From NCBI GenBank assembly GCA_964538065.1, contig CAZIDG010000001.1:9998-73997 (forward strand): a DNA stretch of 64,000 nt. Reading direction: 5' to 3'. The stretch is from an uncultured Verrucomicrobiota bacterium (lineage in GTDB: Bacteria; Verrucomicrobiota; Verrucomicrobiia; Limisphaerales; UBA1319). The translations under genes and the position numbers were made by a program. Position 1 is the first letter of the stretch, and the number at the start of each line of letters is the position of its first letter. The notes beneath the pieces are model-generated. The model did no database searches. It was given only the letters and a program-made list of their open reading frames with translations, and was not told the DNA's origin. This document shows positions 10,101-18,576 of this stretch, in pieces.

Positions 10101-12569
10101 TCCTGGTGGTTAAGCGGTTCCACCAATAGTTGCTTCCAATTTTGGGTTGATGGATCGTTAATGACGACCCTCAATGGTTCTGCCGGCCAGACAAACCAAT
10201 GGCTGTCCTTCAGCCAGACCCTGGATTCGGGCAAGCACACTTTAACCTGGGTTCTTGTGGATCTTTACGACAATGCCCTGCATCCTTCGGCCTGCTTGGA
10301 TCAGGTGACGTTTAACTCTGGCGCAATACCGGTAAAGGCACAACTGGTGTCGCCATCCAATCAGCACCTGGCCGCCCAGACCATGATGCAACAGGCGGTG
10401 ACATGGAGCGGCACCAAACCCATCTTTTGCCAGTGGTTCTTGAATGGCCAACCCATATCCGGCGCCACCAACCCAACGTACAGGATTGAGCAGGCGTCTG
10501 CTCATGATGCTGGGGCCTATTCGGTGGTGGTCAGTAATTATTACAGTTCGACGAATATCAGCGGCATGCGTGTTGCGGTCGATGCCAGGACCCTTGGTGA
10601 ATCGCTGGGCGAGTCCAATCTGGTCTGGCAAACGGGAAACGATTCGCCATGGTTTTCGCCCGATGACATGACCATGGAGGGACAGCCAGTCCTGAGATGC
10701 GGTTCCATGATCACGACCAATAACTCCATACTCAATACGACCGTAGGTGGTCCTGCCCGTTTGTCGTTTCATTATCGGATGGAGCAGGGGGGCGCAGCAA
10801 TGGCTGTCTATGTGGATGGCGCTTCATATGCCAACATACCTGTGAGCACCAACTGGAATGTGTTCGAAATTCCACTCGATGTCGGGCCTCATGCCATTGA
10901 ATGGAGATGTCAGCCGTCAGCCATCGATGGGGCAGTTCCTTCGGCTGCCTACCTGGCGGATGTTCGGGTGGATCGGGTTGGTTTCGCGCCGTCGTTGAAC
11001 ATCAAAATGCCCTATCGCATTGTGGACGCCGGGTGCAACATAACCTTGTTCGCCTGGCCCAAAACATTCGCGCCAGCACGATGCCAATGGTATCGCAATG
11101 GCGCCGCGATCGAGGGAGCCAACGCGCTGTTTCTGGAGCTGACCAATATGCAAACCGCGATCTGCGGTGAGTACATGCTTCATGCGGAAAACGAATTCGG
11201 AGTGTCGGACTATGTGTTCAATGCTGGCATCAATATGCCATTGCTGGAGAGTCTCAATGCCACCAATCTGGTCTGGACGATTCGAACAAACGGTTGTGAT
11301 TATCTCGGCCAGAACGCAGATACCCACGATGGTTCACATGCTGTCTTGGTCCGTCTCAGAACGGGTTACTATTCCGGATCATCTCTAAATACGACTGTAG
11401 TAGGGCCGGGTTGGTTGAGCTTTTGGTGGAAAGTAAAAAGTGGTACTTACCCCATTCAGTGCAAATTCAGTTGTAGTTATATGTCCAGCACAAGTACTGT
11501 GACTCTGACAAACAGTGAAGACTGGCAAATGGCCAGAGTCTTTATCTCTACGCCGCAAACCAATTTGCTGTCATGGAGCATTGTTGTTCCTTCATCCAGT
11601 TATTTTTATGCCCAGGAAGACGGTGTTTGGCTCGATGAAGTATCCTATCAGCCTCTCTCCGACACCACCCTGGAAAATGCGCTGGATTGGACGGGAAATA
11701 AACTCATTGTCGGCTCTGGCCAATATTCAGGTTCGGGGGGGCTATGGTATGGCCAAACCCGGGTTTCTCACGATGGGATGGATGCGGCCGAAGTGCTGAT
11801 TCGTACCAACGATATAAGACAGCGTCCCACTCTTTCAACGACGGTGAGAGGTCCTGGCATCCTTTCATTTTGGTATAAAATCGAGGCGCCGACCAACGAG
11901 GCTGTCCTGCGTTTTTCGACGTTGACTTTATACGGAGATTCTCCCGAATGGCGGAAAGCATCGATCGTTCTGCCTGAAACAAGTGTCATATATAAATTTG
12001 AGTTCTCGACCAATTCCATGTCCGGCTTGAAGAACGATGCTCGTGCGTGGGTCGATGAATTGACGTTCATTCCTGGTGGTGTGCCCCCGGTTATTATCCA
12101 GGGCCCGACGAATATGGTGGCCCTGGCGGGCCCAACCATTTATTTCGAATCCAATATTGTCGCCACCGGCAACCAGCCCTTTACCTACCTCCTACAACGT
12201 GACCAATATGTAAGGCGATCATCCACATTGACCGCTCTATTGCTTGCAGGAAATGTCACCAACACCGGTCCATGGAACCTCATTGTGACCAATAAATACG
12301 GTTCAGCCACCAACCAGTTTTATTTGGCGGTGCATCCCAAGGGCAGCAAGCCGGGGCAGCCGGCTCTGGGCTCGATTGAACGTGAGTCGGGTGGCATCAA
12401 ACTCAATCTCCAGGCAGACGAGGGATGGTACTATTGGTTGCAGACCTCGACCAACCTGGTGGATTGGGAAAACTGCCAGAATGTATTTAACATGCCCGGC
12501 GGCAGTTCCATTGAGAGTCCTGTCAACACCAACGAGCCCGTTCGATATTATCGCCTCATGACACAGTAG
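7188..12569 (+). CDS. giant secreted surface protein: beta-helix/choice-of-anchor-Q-like N-terminal region, 6 Ig (I-set-like) domains, 5 unassigned ~140-aa modules and a C-terminal tail
   Basis: 1793-aa uninterrupted ORF with signal-like VLKVLGVLVYAGAFVLNAQ. Gly/Asn-rich beta-helix repeats end in DNGGPTWTMALNAGSPAVDAI..DQRGQPRPEGTASDIGAFEG. Ig motifs include YQWVKDGQ..ITNMQAIDAGLYQL, YQWKFNGMD, CQWFLNGQP and CQWYRNGAA. Confidence 0.85.
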   Translation: MTHVNTFSGVLKVLGVLVYAGAFVLNAQTRTNWVTHTADEGAGSLRQVLAESQSNDVIQVTATGVIQLTHGELRIDKPIVIQGPGATNLTISGSEAARVFRVDAGGVLALRDVTVANGQAYVGGGLANYGGPVELTRCVFTNNTAVPLKLPREYGDPGYNANLSSGLSVLPYKAYSSWGGAVYNAGILSITNCTFSGNKAVGADGGNSSESLHLIGGIGGDGGGGAVFNAHELAIVSSTFLGNKVIGGRGGDGDLTVQYPVIYFPVKYTDGLPGGDGLGACLFNSGESRVINSTFTQNQACGGAGGDGGTNSSDFLTHDKGSRGFGGSAKGAGFYNNGGLSISHCTLASNHVVGGSSGLGNSVSFIVGSRIVDGTIFNTNGYVSMSCSIVAGTVMPSAIPLPPSQARSNIVGGVIDGGFNLCSDASAAFTEPTSRINVNPGLLPLTDNGGPTWTMALNAGSPAVDAIPASNSLFMDQRGQPRPEGTASDIGAFEGRIVTPLVVPAYPSSLAGVSGGAVLLDPSVNGYPAPTSYQWVKDGQVLVGATNAVLAITNMQAIDAGLYQLRADNGFTSIVSPSFEVTMNGNLSSIGEALEATNLPWSTMNVLDAGNHPSWQVQSTNVHDGTTALSYEVREGQSTVPLTTEIEGPGVLSFWTSAQSLRTKVYCIMDGTLLMTAWQDNAAYWRWMPNALHIPEGRHTIAWQAEASTFLWFEPNIVNLDGVVYAPGSVAPAWSSVIIPTNSLSAGTTADMRALVLGTPPLRYGVYREGELILSQTQSPAFKFANQDSSVTLQLTNLQKNADYTLVVSNQFGSISTNFSLVVTSSAPYMVVQPHETPCTDGAEVHLNSLAGGSEPLSYQWKFNGMDLPGETNASLIISNMDASRYGDYQVRVANAMGSVVSSVAALLEPLPVSDVLDAPGFEWEVSSNAFWYGQTLTSSDGFGAARTFLNESITNSSISTTVEYPGNISFSWWLSGSTNSCFQFWVDGSLMTTLNGSAGQTNQWLSFSQTLDSGKHTLTWVLVDLYDNALHPSACLDQVTFNSGAIPVKAQLVSPSNQHLAAQTMMQQAVTWSGTKPIFCQWFLNGQPISGATNPTYRIEQASAHDAGAYSVVVSNYYSSTNISGMRVAVDARTLGESLGESNLVWQTGNDSPWFSPDDMTMEGQPVLRCGSMITTNNSILNTTVGGPARLSFHYRMEQGGAAMAVYVDGASYANIPVSTNWNVFEIPLDVGPHAIEWRCQPSAIDGAVPSAAYLADVRVDRVGFAPSLNIKMPYRIVDAGCNITLFAWPKTFAPARCQWYRNGAAIEGANALFLELTNMQTAICGEYMLHAENEFGVSDYVFNAGINMPLLESLNATNLVWTIRTNGCDYLGQNADTHDGSHAVLVRLRTGYYSGSSLNTTVVGPGWLSFWWKVKSGTYPIQCKFSCSYMSSTSTVTLTNSEDWQMARVFISTPQTNLLSWSIVVPSSSYFYAQEDGVWLDEVSYQPLSDTTLENALDWTGNKLIVGSGQYSGSGGLWYGQTRVSHDGMDAAEVLIRTNDIRQRPTLSTTVRGPGILSFWYKIEAPTNEAVLRFSTLTLYGDSPEWRKASIVLPETSVIYKFEFSTNSMSGLKNDARAWVDELTFIPGGVPPVIIQGPTNMVALAGPTIYFESNIVATGNQPFTYLLQRDQYVRRSSTLTALLLAGNVTNTGPWNLIVTNKYGSATNQFYLAVHPKGSKPGQPALGSIERESGGIKLNLQADEGWYYWLQTSTNLVDWENCQNVFNMPGGSSIESPVNTNEPVRYYRLMTQ
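8937..12075 (+). repeat. five protein-level copies of an unassigned ~135-150 aa module interleaved with Ig-like domains
   Basis: Recurrent signature: W..(Q)....HDG..A........S.L.T.V.GPG.LSFWWK....F.VDG.......W........G.H.L.W......LD.V.F. The LSFW-type cores lie near nt 9141, 10092, 10762, 11418 and 11862. Confidence 0.7.
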
Positions 12570-12607
12570 GCGCCGTGCAACGATGATCAGTCCAGATCCT
12601 TACGCTG

Positions 12608-12644
12608 GGACACGCCTATGGATGGCCATGGCGTGTCCTTTTTT
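12608..12644 (+). terminator. rho-independent terminator after the giant ORF
   Basis: ggacacgcc (12608-12616) pairs with ggcgtgtcc (12630-12638), followed by tttttt. It overlaps the 3' end of the convergent sixA-like ORF. Confidence 0.55.
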
Positions 12645-13182
12645 GACATCCTCCGCATGGTTTGCCATTGCGCTGTGATTTGCCCAGACGGATCAGGATT
12701 TTCGGGGGAAGGAGCCACTCCAGTTGGGCACAGCATTCATGCTTGAGCGGATTGGCATTCAGGAGAATCAAACCTGCCTTCTTCAAGAGAATGGCCAGAT
12801 GCGGTCCCCCGCAGGTTAACAGTCCGGCAAATTGGCTTAAGTACGGTTCATGGCCAACCAAAAGCAGTGCCTTTTTGCCGCGATATTTGTGCAAGAGTTC
12901 CTGGATTAAGGCCTGTGGGTCACCATTGGCGGCCAGGTGTTCGCTCAAGTGCAGGTTGCCTTCGAGACCCAGTGCCTTGGCAGCGATTTCCGCTGTCTGC
13001 CGTGCGCGCGTAAAGGGACTCGATACGATGGCATCGACCTTGAGCTTTAAGACGGCCATTCCAGCAGCCACGGCCTTGGTTTTTTGGATTCCCTCCGGTG
13101 TCAAAGGGCGCTCCGCATCGTGAGCAAACGTCTTCGGATTGGGCTCGCCGGCCCTTCCATGCCTCATCAGGTACAACTCCAT
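12616..13182 (-). CDS. sixA: phosphohistidine phosphatase SixA-like (histidine phosphatase superfamily)
   Basis: MELYLMRHGRAG..ERPLTPEGIQKT..IVSSPFTRARQTAEI..LLVGHEPYLS carries the RHG and GHEP catalytic motifs. Confidence 0.7.
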   Translation of the reverse strand: MELYLMRHGRAGEPNPKTFAHDAERPLTPEGIQKTKAVAAGMAVLKLKVDAIVSSPFTRARQTAEIAAKALGLEGNLHLSEHLAANGDPQALIQELLHKYRGKKALLLVGHEPYLSQFAGLLTCGGPHLAILLKKAGLILLNANPLKHECCAQLEWLLPPKILIRLGKSQRNGKPCGGCQKRTRHGHP

Positions 13183-13277
13183 AGGCTAACCATAACCAAA
13201 AAAGTGCAAAACGCGAATGGAATGATGAACAGGCCACCGGGTTGCACGACGACCGTTTCCGGGTAATTTTAATCAGG

Positions 13278-13796
13278 ATGAAAAAGGTGCTCATATTCGT
13301 GGGGGAATGCTACGAGGATCTGGAGTTGTGGTATCCCAAACTTCGTCTCGAGGAGGCGGGACATTCGGTGAAACTGGCCGGTCCAGCCCTGAAAACATTT
13401 CGTGGCAAACATGGTTACCCGGCCCAGTCGGATATGCTCCTCAGTGAAGCTGAAAGCAGGGATTTCGACGGATTGGTCATCCCGGGGGGGTATATGCCCG
13501 ACAGCCTTCGCCGTGACCCCAAGGTGCTTTCGCTAACCCGTGAAATGTTCGAGGAAAACAAACTGATCGCCTTTATCTGCCACGGGGGGTGGATTCCCAT
13601 TTCCGCTAAAATTGTGCGAGGGAAAAAAGCTGCTGGGTCTCTGGGCATCAAGGACGATTTGGAAAACGCCGGAGCTATATGGACCGACGCCCCTGTGGTG
13701 ATTGATGGGAATCTTGTGTCCAGTCGCATCCCGCCGGATCTGCCATATTTTGGCAAGGCCATCGTCGAATGGCTTGCCCGTCAGGGAAACACTTAA
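13278..13796 (+). CDS. DJ-1/PfpI family protein (type 1 glutamine amidotransferase-like)
   Basis: ATG 13278 gives MKKVLIFVGECYEDLEL..FDGLVIPGG..IAFICHGGW (nucleophile elbow Cys-His)..VVIDGNLVSSRIPPDLP. Confidence 0.85.
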   Translation: MKKVLIFVGECYEDLELWYPKLRLEEAGHSVKLAGPALKTFRGKHGYPAQSDMLLSEAESRDFDGLVIPGGYMPDSLRRDPKVLSLTREMFEENKLIAFICHGGWIPISAKIVRGKKAAGSLGIKDDLENAGAIWTDAPVVIDGNLVSSRIPPDLPYFGKAIVEWLARQGNT

Positions 13797-13873
13797 GGTC
13801 GGCTCCGGCCCGACCTCAAGTGTTCATTCAAGAGTACGATCCAAGGACATTCCTCATCTCCCTGATGGTGTCC

Positions 13874-14347
13874 TCATGACACCTTGGCGGTTTCTGTGTC
13901 CGGAGAAGCCTTTTCGTTGTCGGCATGGTTCTTGTCCTCGTTCATCCGCAAAGTAGCCAGTTTGGCCGTGTCTCCAAACCACGTAATGCCTCCGCATCGG
14001 GTACACATGCGCGCGGTGGTGGTCACGTTGCTGTCTTGGAAGGTCCAGAATTTTGTCCTTTGAGGACGGAAATATACCAATCCTGTGCCCTGCACATGAC
14101 CCTCCACCATTTCATCATGATGGCAGAATGGGCATAGCACCCGCACGCGTTCCACATCTCGATGGCTGGGAACCACTTTCACCATCTCATCAAGGTCTTC
14201 TTTGATAAACCGGGTTGAGTCACCGACTTTGCGAAAGGTGATCAGATTTTCCTTCATCCAGCGATAAAGCGTCGGTTCGCCAACATCCAGATACTCAGCG
14301 GCTTCCTTGATCGAATACCATTTGGGCTTTTGATCGTTTGTTTCCAT
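13874..14347 (-). CDS. excisionase/MerR-type HTH DNA-binding protein with a C-terminal Cys4 zinc-ribbon-like region
   Basis: ATG 14347 gives METNDQKPKWYSIKEAAEYLDVGEPTLYRWMKENLITFRKVG (HTH_17-like). CPFCHH ... CTRCGG forms two CxxC pairs. It is divergent from the 14460-18486 operon across an AT-rich spacer. Confidence 0.7.
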   Translation of the reverse strand: METNDQKPKWYSIKEAAEYLDVGEPTLYRWMKENLITFRKVGDSTRFIKEDLDEMVKVVPSHRDVERVRVLCPFCHHDEMVEGHVQGTGLVYFRPQRTKFWTFQDSNVTTTARMCTRCGGITWFGDTAKLATLRMNEDKNHADNEKASPDTETAKVS

Positions 14348-14459
14348 AAATCTAATTAAAAATACAATAAAGAAACAAAAACGCAAATAAAAGTTGTAAA
14401 TGATAGCAAATGGATGTATATAAAATTAAAAGAAACCATAAAAAAGGAATGTGTGGTTT

Positions 14460-15071
14460 ATGAAACTCAATAAATGGAACCCCTTGGCCGATGGCCAGAG
14501 CCGCGCAGCCCTACAACGTCGCAACCTCCAGGCTCAGATATTACTCCAACGCACCCAACGCCTTAACGGCAGTTGCAGGGATCCAAATCATGGTGGTGAA
14601 GGAATGGTTCAGGTGCATAATTCCATAAATACCGTATCAGCAAATAGTTATACAATAATATGGATTGTTATTACCTGCCTGGTGGCGGCCGTGCTCTTGG
14701 GACTGTGGTGGGGCCATACTCCAAAACGCCAGGTCATGCTGACAAAGGATCACGGATTGACGAGCTATGGCGTGCTGTTGGAAGAATTGAATCGAGCCCA
14801 AACCAATCCCGTCATTCGAACAATTCGCTTGGGCACAAACGATTTGCAGGTGGGTGTCCTTGAAGACAAGGAAGCGGGTCAGATCATTTATTACCTCCCT
14901 GGCGCCTTTTCATCCCGATCGGTAACTCAACCCCATTCCATTCGTGCCTTCAGTCTGTTTGAGCAAGATCGCCTCGTAATCGTCATTCTGGGAGACGGTT
15001 CAGTCCAACAAGTCTCCCTGGAGCGATTCATTGCTTTGTTGGAATCCAATAATGTCCGCAACCTCCGGTGA
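14460..15071 (+). CDS. hypothetical single-pass membrane protein
   Basis: ORF 14451..15071 (GTG 14451 or ATG 14460). One TM segment, IIWIVITCLVAAVLLGLWW. I recognise no family. Confidence 0.6.
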   Translation: MKLNKWNPLADGQSRAALQRRNLQAQILLQRTQRLNGSCRDPNHGGEGMVQVHNSINTVSANSYTIIWIVITCLVAAVLLGLWWGHTPKRQVMLTKDHGLTSYGVLLEELNRAQTNPVIRTIRLGTNDLQVGVLEDKEAGQIIYYLPGAFSSRSVTQPHSIRAFSLFEQDRLVIVILGDGSVQQVSLERFIALLESNNVRNLR

Positions 15072-16800
15072 ATCTATGACAAACCTCACTAAACACATGA
15101 GTGATTCAATGACGGCGGAAGAAGAAAGCACGACGCCTCAAGTGTCGGATCAGGCCACGATGGCTGGCAAACCCATCGACTGGCTCAAACTGGGTCGGTT
15201 CATTTTGGCGGGCAATCCCGCCTATATCATCAGTGCATTGCTCCTGATATGGTCGATTTCCAGGTTGTCAGCCGATTCGCACATGAGCTGGACCGAGGGG
15301 CAAAGGCTGGTTTTCAATTTTGGGGCTTTGCAGTTTTACCAAATGCTGCTTGCGGTGACGGCGGTTTTCTTGTCGCGCCGCGCGATTTGGTACGATGCCT
15401 CCCTGCTGGCAGGCTTTGAGAACCTGTTTCTGTTCGTGCCTTTCATTCTGGTCAGTCAGGCCATATTCCTGGGACCCGTCATGGTCTGGGCATTATGCCT
15501 CACAGGTGGGGTGCTGGCCGTATCCCGCATGATGACCATGCGTCTGGGAGTTCGAGATTGGCGATATCCGGGCGTGCTCTATGCCATGGCATTTATGTTT
15601 CTTGCCATTCACATAGCCCTGCCCCTTTTTTTCCGTGTGATCTATGGCGAGGGTGATCCCCGAACGGACGAACCCCATTTCTTTAGGATTTTATCCGCTG
15701 GATGGCTGCTCGGGTTGCCTGTCCTGGCGTTGCTTCCCAATTTCATACCCCGTATGCACAAGCGGGCAGAGCAGGGGACAGCGCTCCAGTATGCATGGTT
15801 GCCTCTCCTTTATCTGGGATTGTGGGTTGGGGCAACGGGGGTCCACCTGGCCGCGGTCGGCTATGTCTATGGTGTCAAATGGAGCTGGTTCAATCTATTG
15901 CCTGCTGTGTGGGTACTGGCCTGGACAGTGCTCAACCGTCTGACAGACATTTGGTCTCAGCCACAACAATTGGTGCGCCGCATGGTTCTTTTAATGCCAG
16001 CCCTGTTGGGCCTGGCTGCTGTGTATGGACCTTCAACCTATCTCTATCCGATTATGGGTACAATCAATGTATTGTTGTATGCCGTCCTGAGCTGGTTCGG
16101 AAAGGACCGCATTTTTGCACGCCACATGGGCTTGTTGAGTCTGGCTGCCCTGGCAGGGGGGCTCTCAGGCCGGTTTGATGCGGCCATGATAACGCCCGAG
16201 ATCGAGGCGAAAATTGTGCTGGCGGGGATGACGTTTTTTGTCCTGCTTCATGCCCTGCGTTCAGATAATCCTAAATATGGCATCCTTGGAGCGATAAGCG
16301 CGCTTGTCTTGAGTACCGCTGTGACGGAGGCCTGGGCGCATGATTTGTCCTGGTCATTGAGCCTGGGGATCGAAGCAGCCATGGTGTTCCTGTTGGCGCA
16401 CAGCATCCGGTGGAACGATGGCGAACATGAAGGTGCTGCCATGGTACGAACCATGGTCGCCATGGCATGGCCCATCCATGCTCTGGTCTGGTCCATGGCG
16501 GCGGTGCCCCGTTCTTCAGTGACAATCGCTACGCTGGCTCTGACCATGATCACGTTGCATTGGGTGGTACGATGGTGGATTCCAGAGCGTGCTCGAATGA
16601 TCGTGGCTGTTTCGGCCTCTGCTTCCCTGATATTTGCGGGGACGCCATGGCTCCATCCCTTGATCGCCGGCTTACCCTCAGGAGTGATTGCTCTGGTCAT
16701 CAGTTTCGCCCTGTTTGGCGCGGGGACGGGGTTGGCGCTTTCTCGCAGCAAGTGGCACCATGCATCGGCATCCGTTTCTTCCGTGACAAAAACACCATGA
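15052..16800 (+). CDS. hypothetical polytopic integral membrane protein (more than 12 predicted TM segments)
   Basis: ORF 15031..16800. Candidate starts are 15052 or 15076, 4 nt after the upstream stop. It is almost entirely hydrophobic helices and I recognise no family. Confidence 0.65.
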   Translation: MSATSGESMTNLTKHMSDSMTAEEESTTPQVSDQATMAGKPIDWLKLGRFILAGNPAYIISALLLIWSISRLSADSHMSWTEGQRLVFNFGALQFYQMLLAVTAVFLSRRAIWYDASLLAGFENLFLFVPFILVSQAIFLGPVMVWALCLTGGVLAVSRMMTMRLGVRDWRYPGVLYAMAFMFLAIHIALPLFFRVIYGEGDPRTDEPHFFRILSAGWLLGLPVLALLPNFIPRMHKRAEQGTALQYAWLPLLYLGLWVGATGVHLAAVGYVYGVKWSWFNLLPAVWVLAWTVLNRLTDIWSQPQQLVRRMVLLMPALLGLAAVYGPSTYLYPIMGTINVLLYAVLSWFGKDRIFARHMGLLSLAALAGGLSGRFDAAMITPEIEAKIVLAGMTFFVLLHALRSDNPKYGILGAISALVLSTAVTEAWAHDLSWSLSLGIEAAMVFLLAHSIRWNDGEHEGAAMVRTMVAMAWPIHALVWSMAAVPRSSVTIATLALTMITLHWVVRWWIPERARMIVAVSASASLIFAGTPWLHPLIAGLPSGVIALVISFALFGAGTGLALSRSKWHHASASVSSVTKTP

Positions 16801-16869
16801 CAGTTCGGGGCAACAACTGAGGAATGGCATGATAAAAACCTTAACCACTTATGTTGGAAGGATATTGCT

Positions 16870-18486
16870 ATGAGAAACATGATCCCAAGGCATCATTGGT
16901 TTCCTCTGAGCGGTTGGTTGCTGGCGTGCATGGTTATCCTCTGGCCTCTGCCGGGTTGGGCTGATGGAAAGGTTTTTGCCCAGCGTGCTGTGGTGGCTTC
17001 GGTACAGGTGCCAGACCAGCGGGCCATGATTCATTATACCAACGGGTGGGAACGTCTGGTTATTGAGACATCCTTTGTGGGCGAGGGCACAAAATTCGCC
17101 TGGGTGGTGCCCTTGCCCTCCGAACCGGTGATTGAGGCCATATCGAACGATTTCTTTCCTCGCCTCGATTTCTCATTTCAACCGCGGGTTATTCATCAAG
17201 TGGACAACCTATGGATCGGCTTCGTCGTTGTTGGATCAATCCTGATTGTAGGAGTTTTTATCAAGCGTTCAACGGATCGTCATGGCTTTCTGGTATTCAT
17301 CTTGTTCATCTTTGTGGTTATCCTTTTGTTGAGCATGATGTTGCCAGCGCTTGCCACGGCGAGGGGCAAGGGCTTTGGGCCATCCCTCGCCCCTGAATCC
17401 GTGCATGTTCTAAATCGGCAGGCTGTCGGTATTTACGACACCGCTGTGCTGAAAGGTCCCGATGGCCAGGCGTTGATCACCTGGCTCAATGACAACGGGT
17501 TCCACACGCCAAGCCAGGCGCTGCCCATGATTGAGCAATATGCGCGCAGCAACTGGGTTTTTGCTGCGATGCGATTGAATGAAACCAGCAATTCATTGCA
17601 TCACCAGCCTCATCCGCTCTCTTTTGCGTTTGCCACCGACCGTGCTGTATATCCCATGCGCCTGACAGGTGTTGATAACAAGGTCTGTACTGTCGAATTG
17701 TATGTCTTTGGCCCCGCTCAGGCCGAAGCACCCCATTTTACCACTCAATTTGCCGGCCTGCCTGTCTGGGGAAAGAGTACTATTGGAGATGAGTCTGATA
17801 GGTCATTTGCATTCATGCCTAATCCTGGGGAACTGCGCTTTCGCAATCCGGAAGTGCGCCGGTGGATTGAGCCTGCACAAGCAGTGACCAAATTGACCGC
17901 CCGGCTTTCTCCAAGCCAGATGAAGGACGATGCCTGGATTACCTGGCGGACACTCCAACCTCAATATCCCGTTTACTACAGTTACAAAGCCGCCTCGGTG
18001 TCTGGTTGGAATTGGTTCGTTGGCTTGGGAATGCTCGCGTCGGTGGTGTGGGTTTTCCTGTTGCCTCATTGTCGAATGTTCAGCTCCAAGGAGGTGCTTT
18101 TTGCCTGCTGGTTTTTGGCATTCCTCGTTGCCGGTTCCATGTGGGCGGGAATGCACCCGGTTCAAGTCCGGGTTCTGAATCATGGTGGATGGAGGTCTTT
18201 GCATCAGTATAAAATGATTCAAGGAGAAACCCGTATGTTGGAGGAGGATTGGATGGCAACATCGACGACTGAACGCCGAAATGCGCCCATGACGCCGGCA
18301 CGGCTCTGGGGAGCAATAAATCAAACGCAAACCCCTCTGGTGAATGCATTTACAGGAAAGCCACTGCGACTGGAAGCCTCCCCGGGTAACCTCACCCTCC
18401 AGACCAACTCGAACGGTTTGGAAGTCCGCTGGCATGACATCGATGCCATTCCCCAAGTGCTGGGTACCTTTCCGATGGATCAATGA
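16870..18486 (+). CDS. DUF2330-like membrane-associated protein
   Basis: Signal-like N-terminus. VFAQRAVVASVQVPDQRAMIHYTNGWERLVIETSF.GEGTKFAWVVPLPSEP and VGIYDTAVLKGPDGQALITWLNDNGFHTPSQALPMIEQYARSNWVFAAMRL resemble DUF2330 as I recall it. There are inserted and C-terminal TM segments. Confidence 0.6.
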   Translation: MRNMIPRHHWFPLSGWLLACMVILWPLPGWADGKVFAQRAVVASVQVPDQRAMIHYTNGWERLVIETSFVGEGTKFAWVVPLPSEPVIEAISNDFFPRLDFSFQPRVIHQVDNLWIGFVVVGSILIVGVFIKRSTDRHGFLVFILFIFVVILLLSMMLPALATARGKGFGPSLAPESVHVLNRQAVGIYDTAVLKGPDGQALITWLNDNGFHTPSQALPMIEQYARSNWVFAAMRLNETSNSLHHQPHPLSFAFATDRAVYPMRLTGVDNKVCTVELYVFGPAQAEAPHFTTQFAGLPVWGKSTIGDESDRSFAFMPNPGELRFRNPEVRRWIEPAQAVTKLTARLSPSQMKDDAWITWRTLQPQYPVYYSYKAASVSGWNWFVGLGMLASVVWVFLLPHCRMFSSKEVLFACWFLAFLVAGSMWAGMHPVQVRVLNHGGWRSLHQYKMIQGETRMLEEDWMATSTTERRNAPMTPARLWGAINQTQTPLVNAFTGKPLRLEASPGNLTLQTNSNGLEVRWHDIDAIPQVLGTFPMDQ

Positions 18487-18576
18487 ACAGGCCTTTTTGC
18501 ATCAGACAATGGTGTACCAAGGATGGCTTCACTTTCCTCGTGCGCCATTGTTGCTTTTATGGTAGGTAAGGTGGGC

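Noticed and set aside
13874-14347. Excisionase-type HTH gene as a marker of a prophage or integrative element
   Set aside because: No integrase, recombinase, att-like repeat, tRNA target or phage gene is in the neighbourhood. It is more parsimonious as a local transcription factor.
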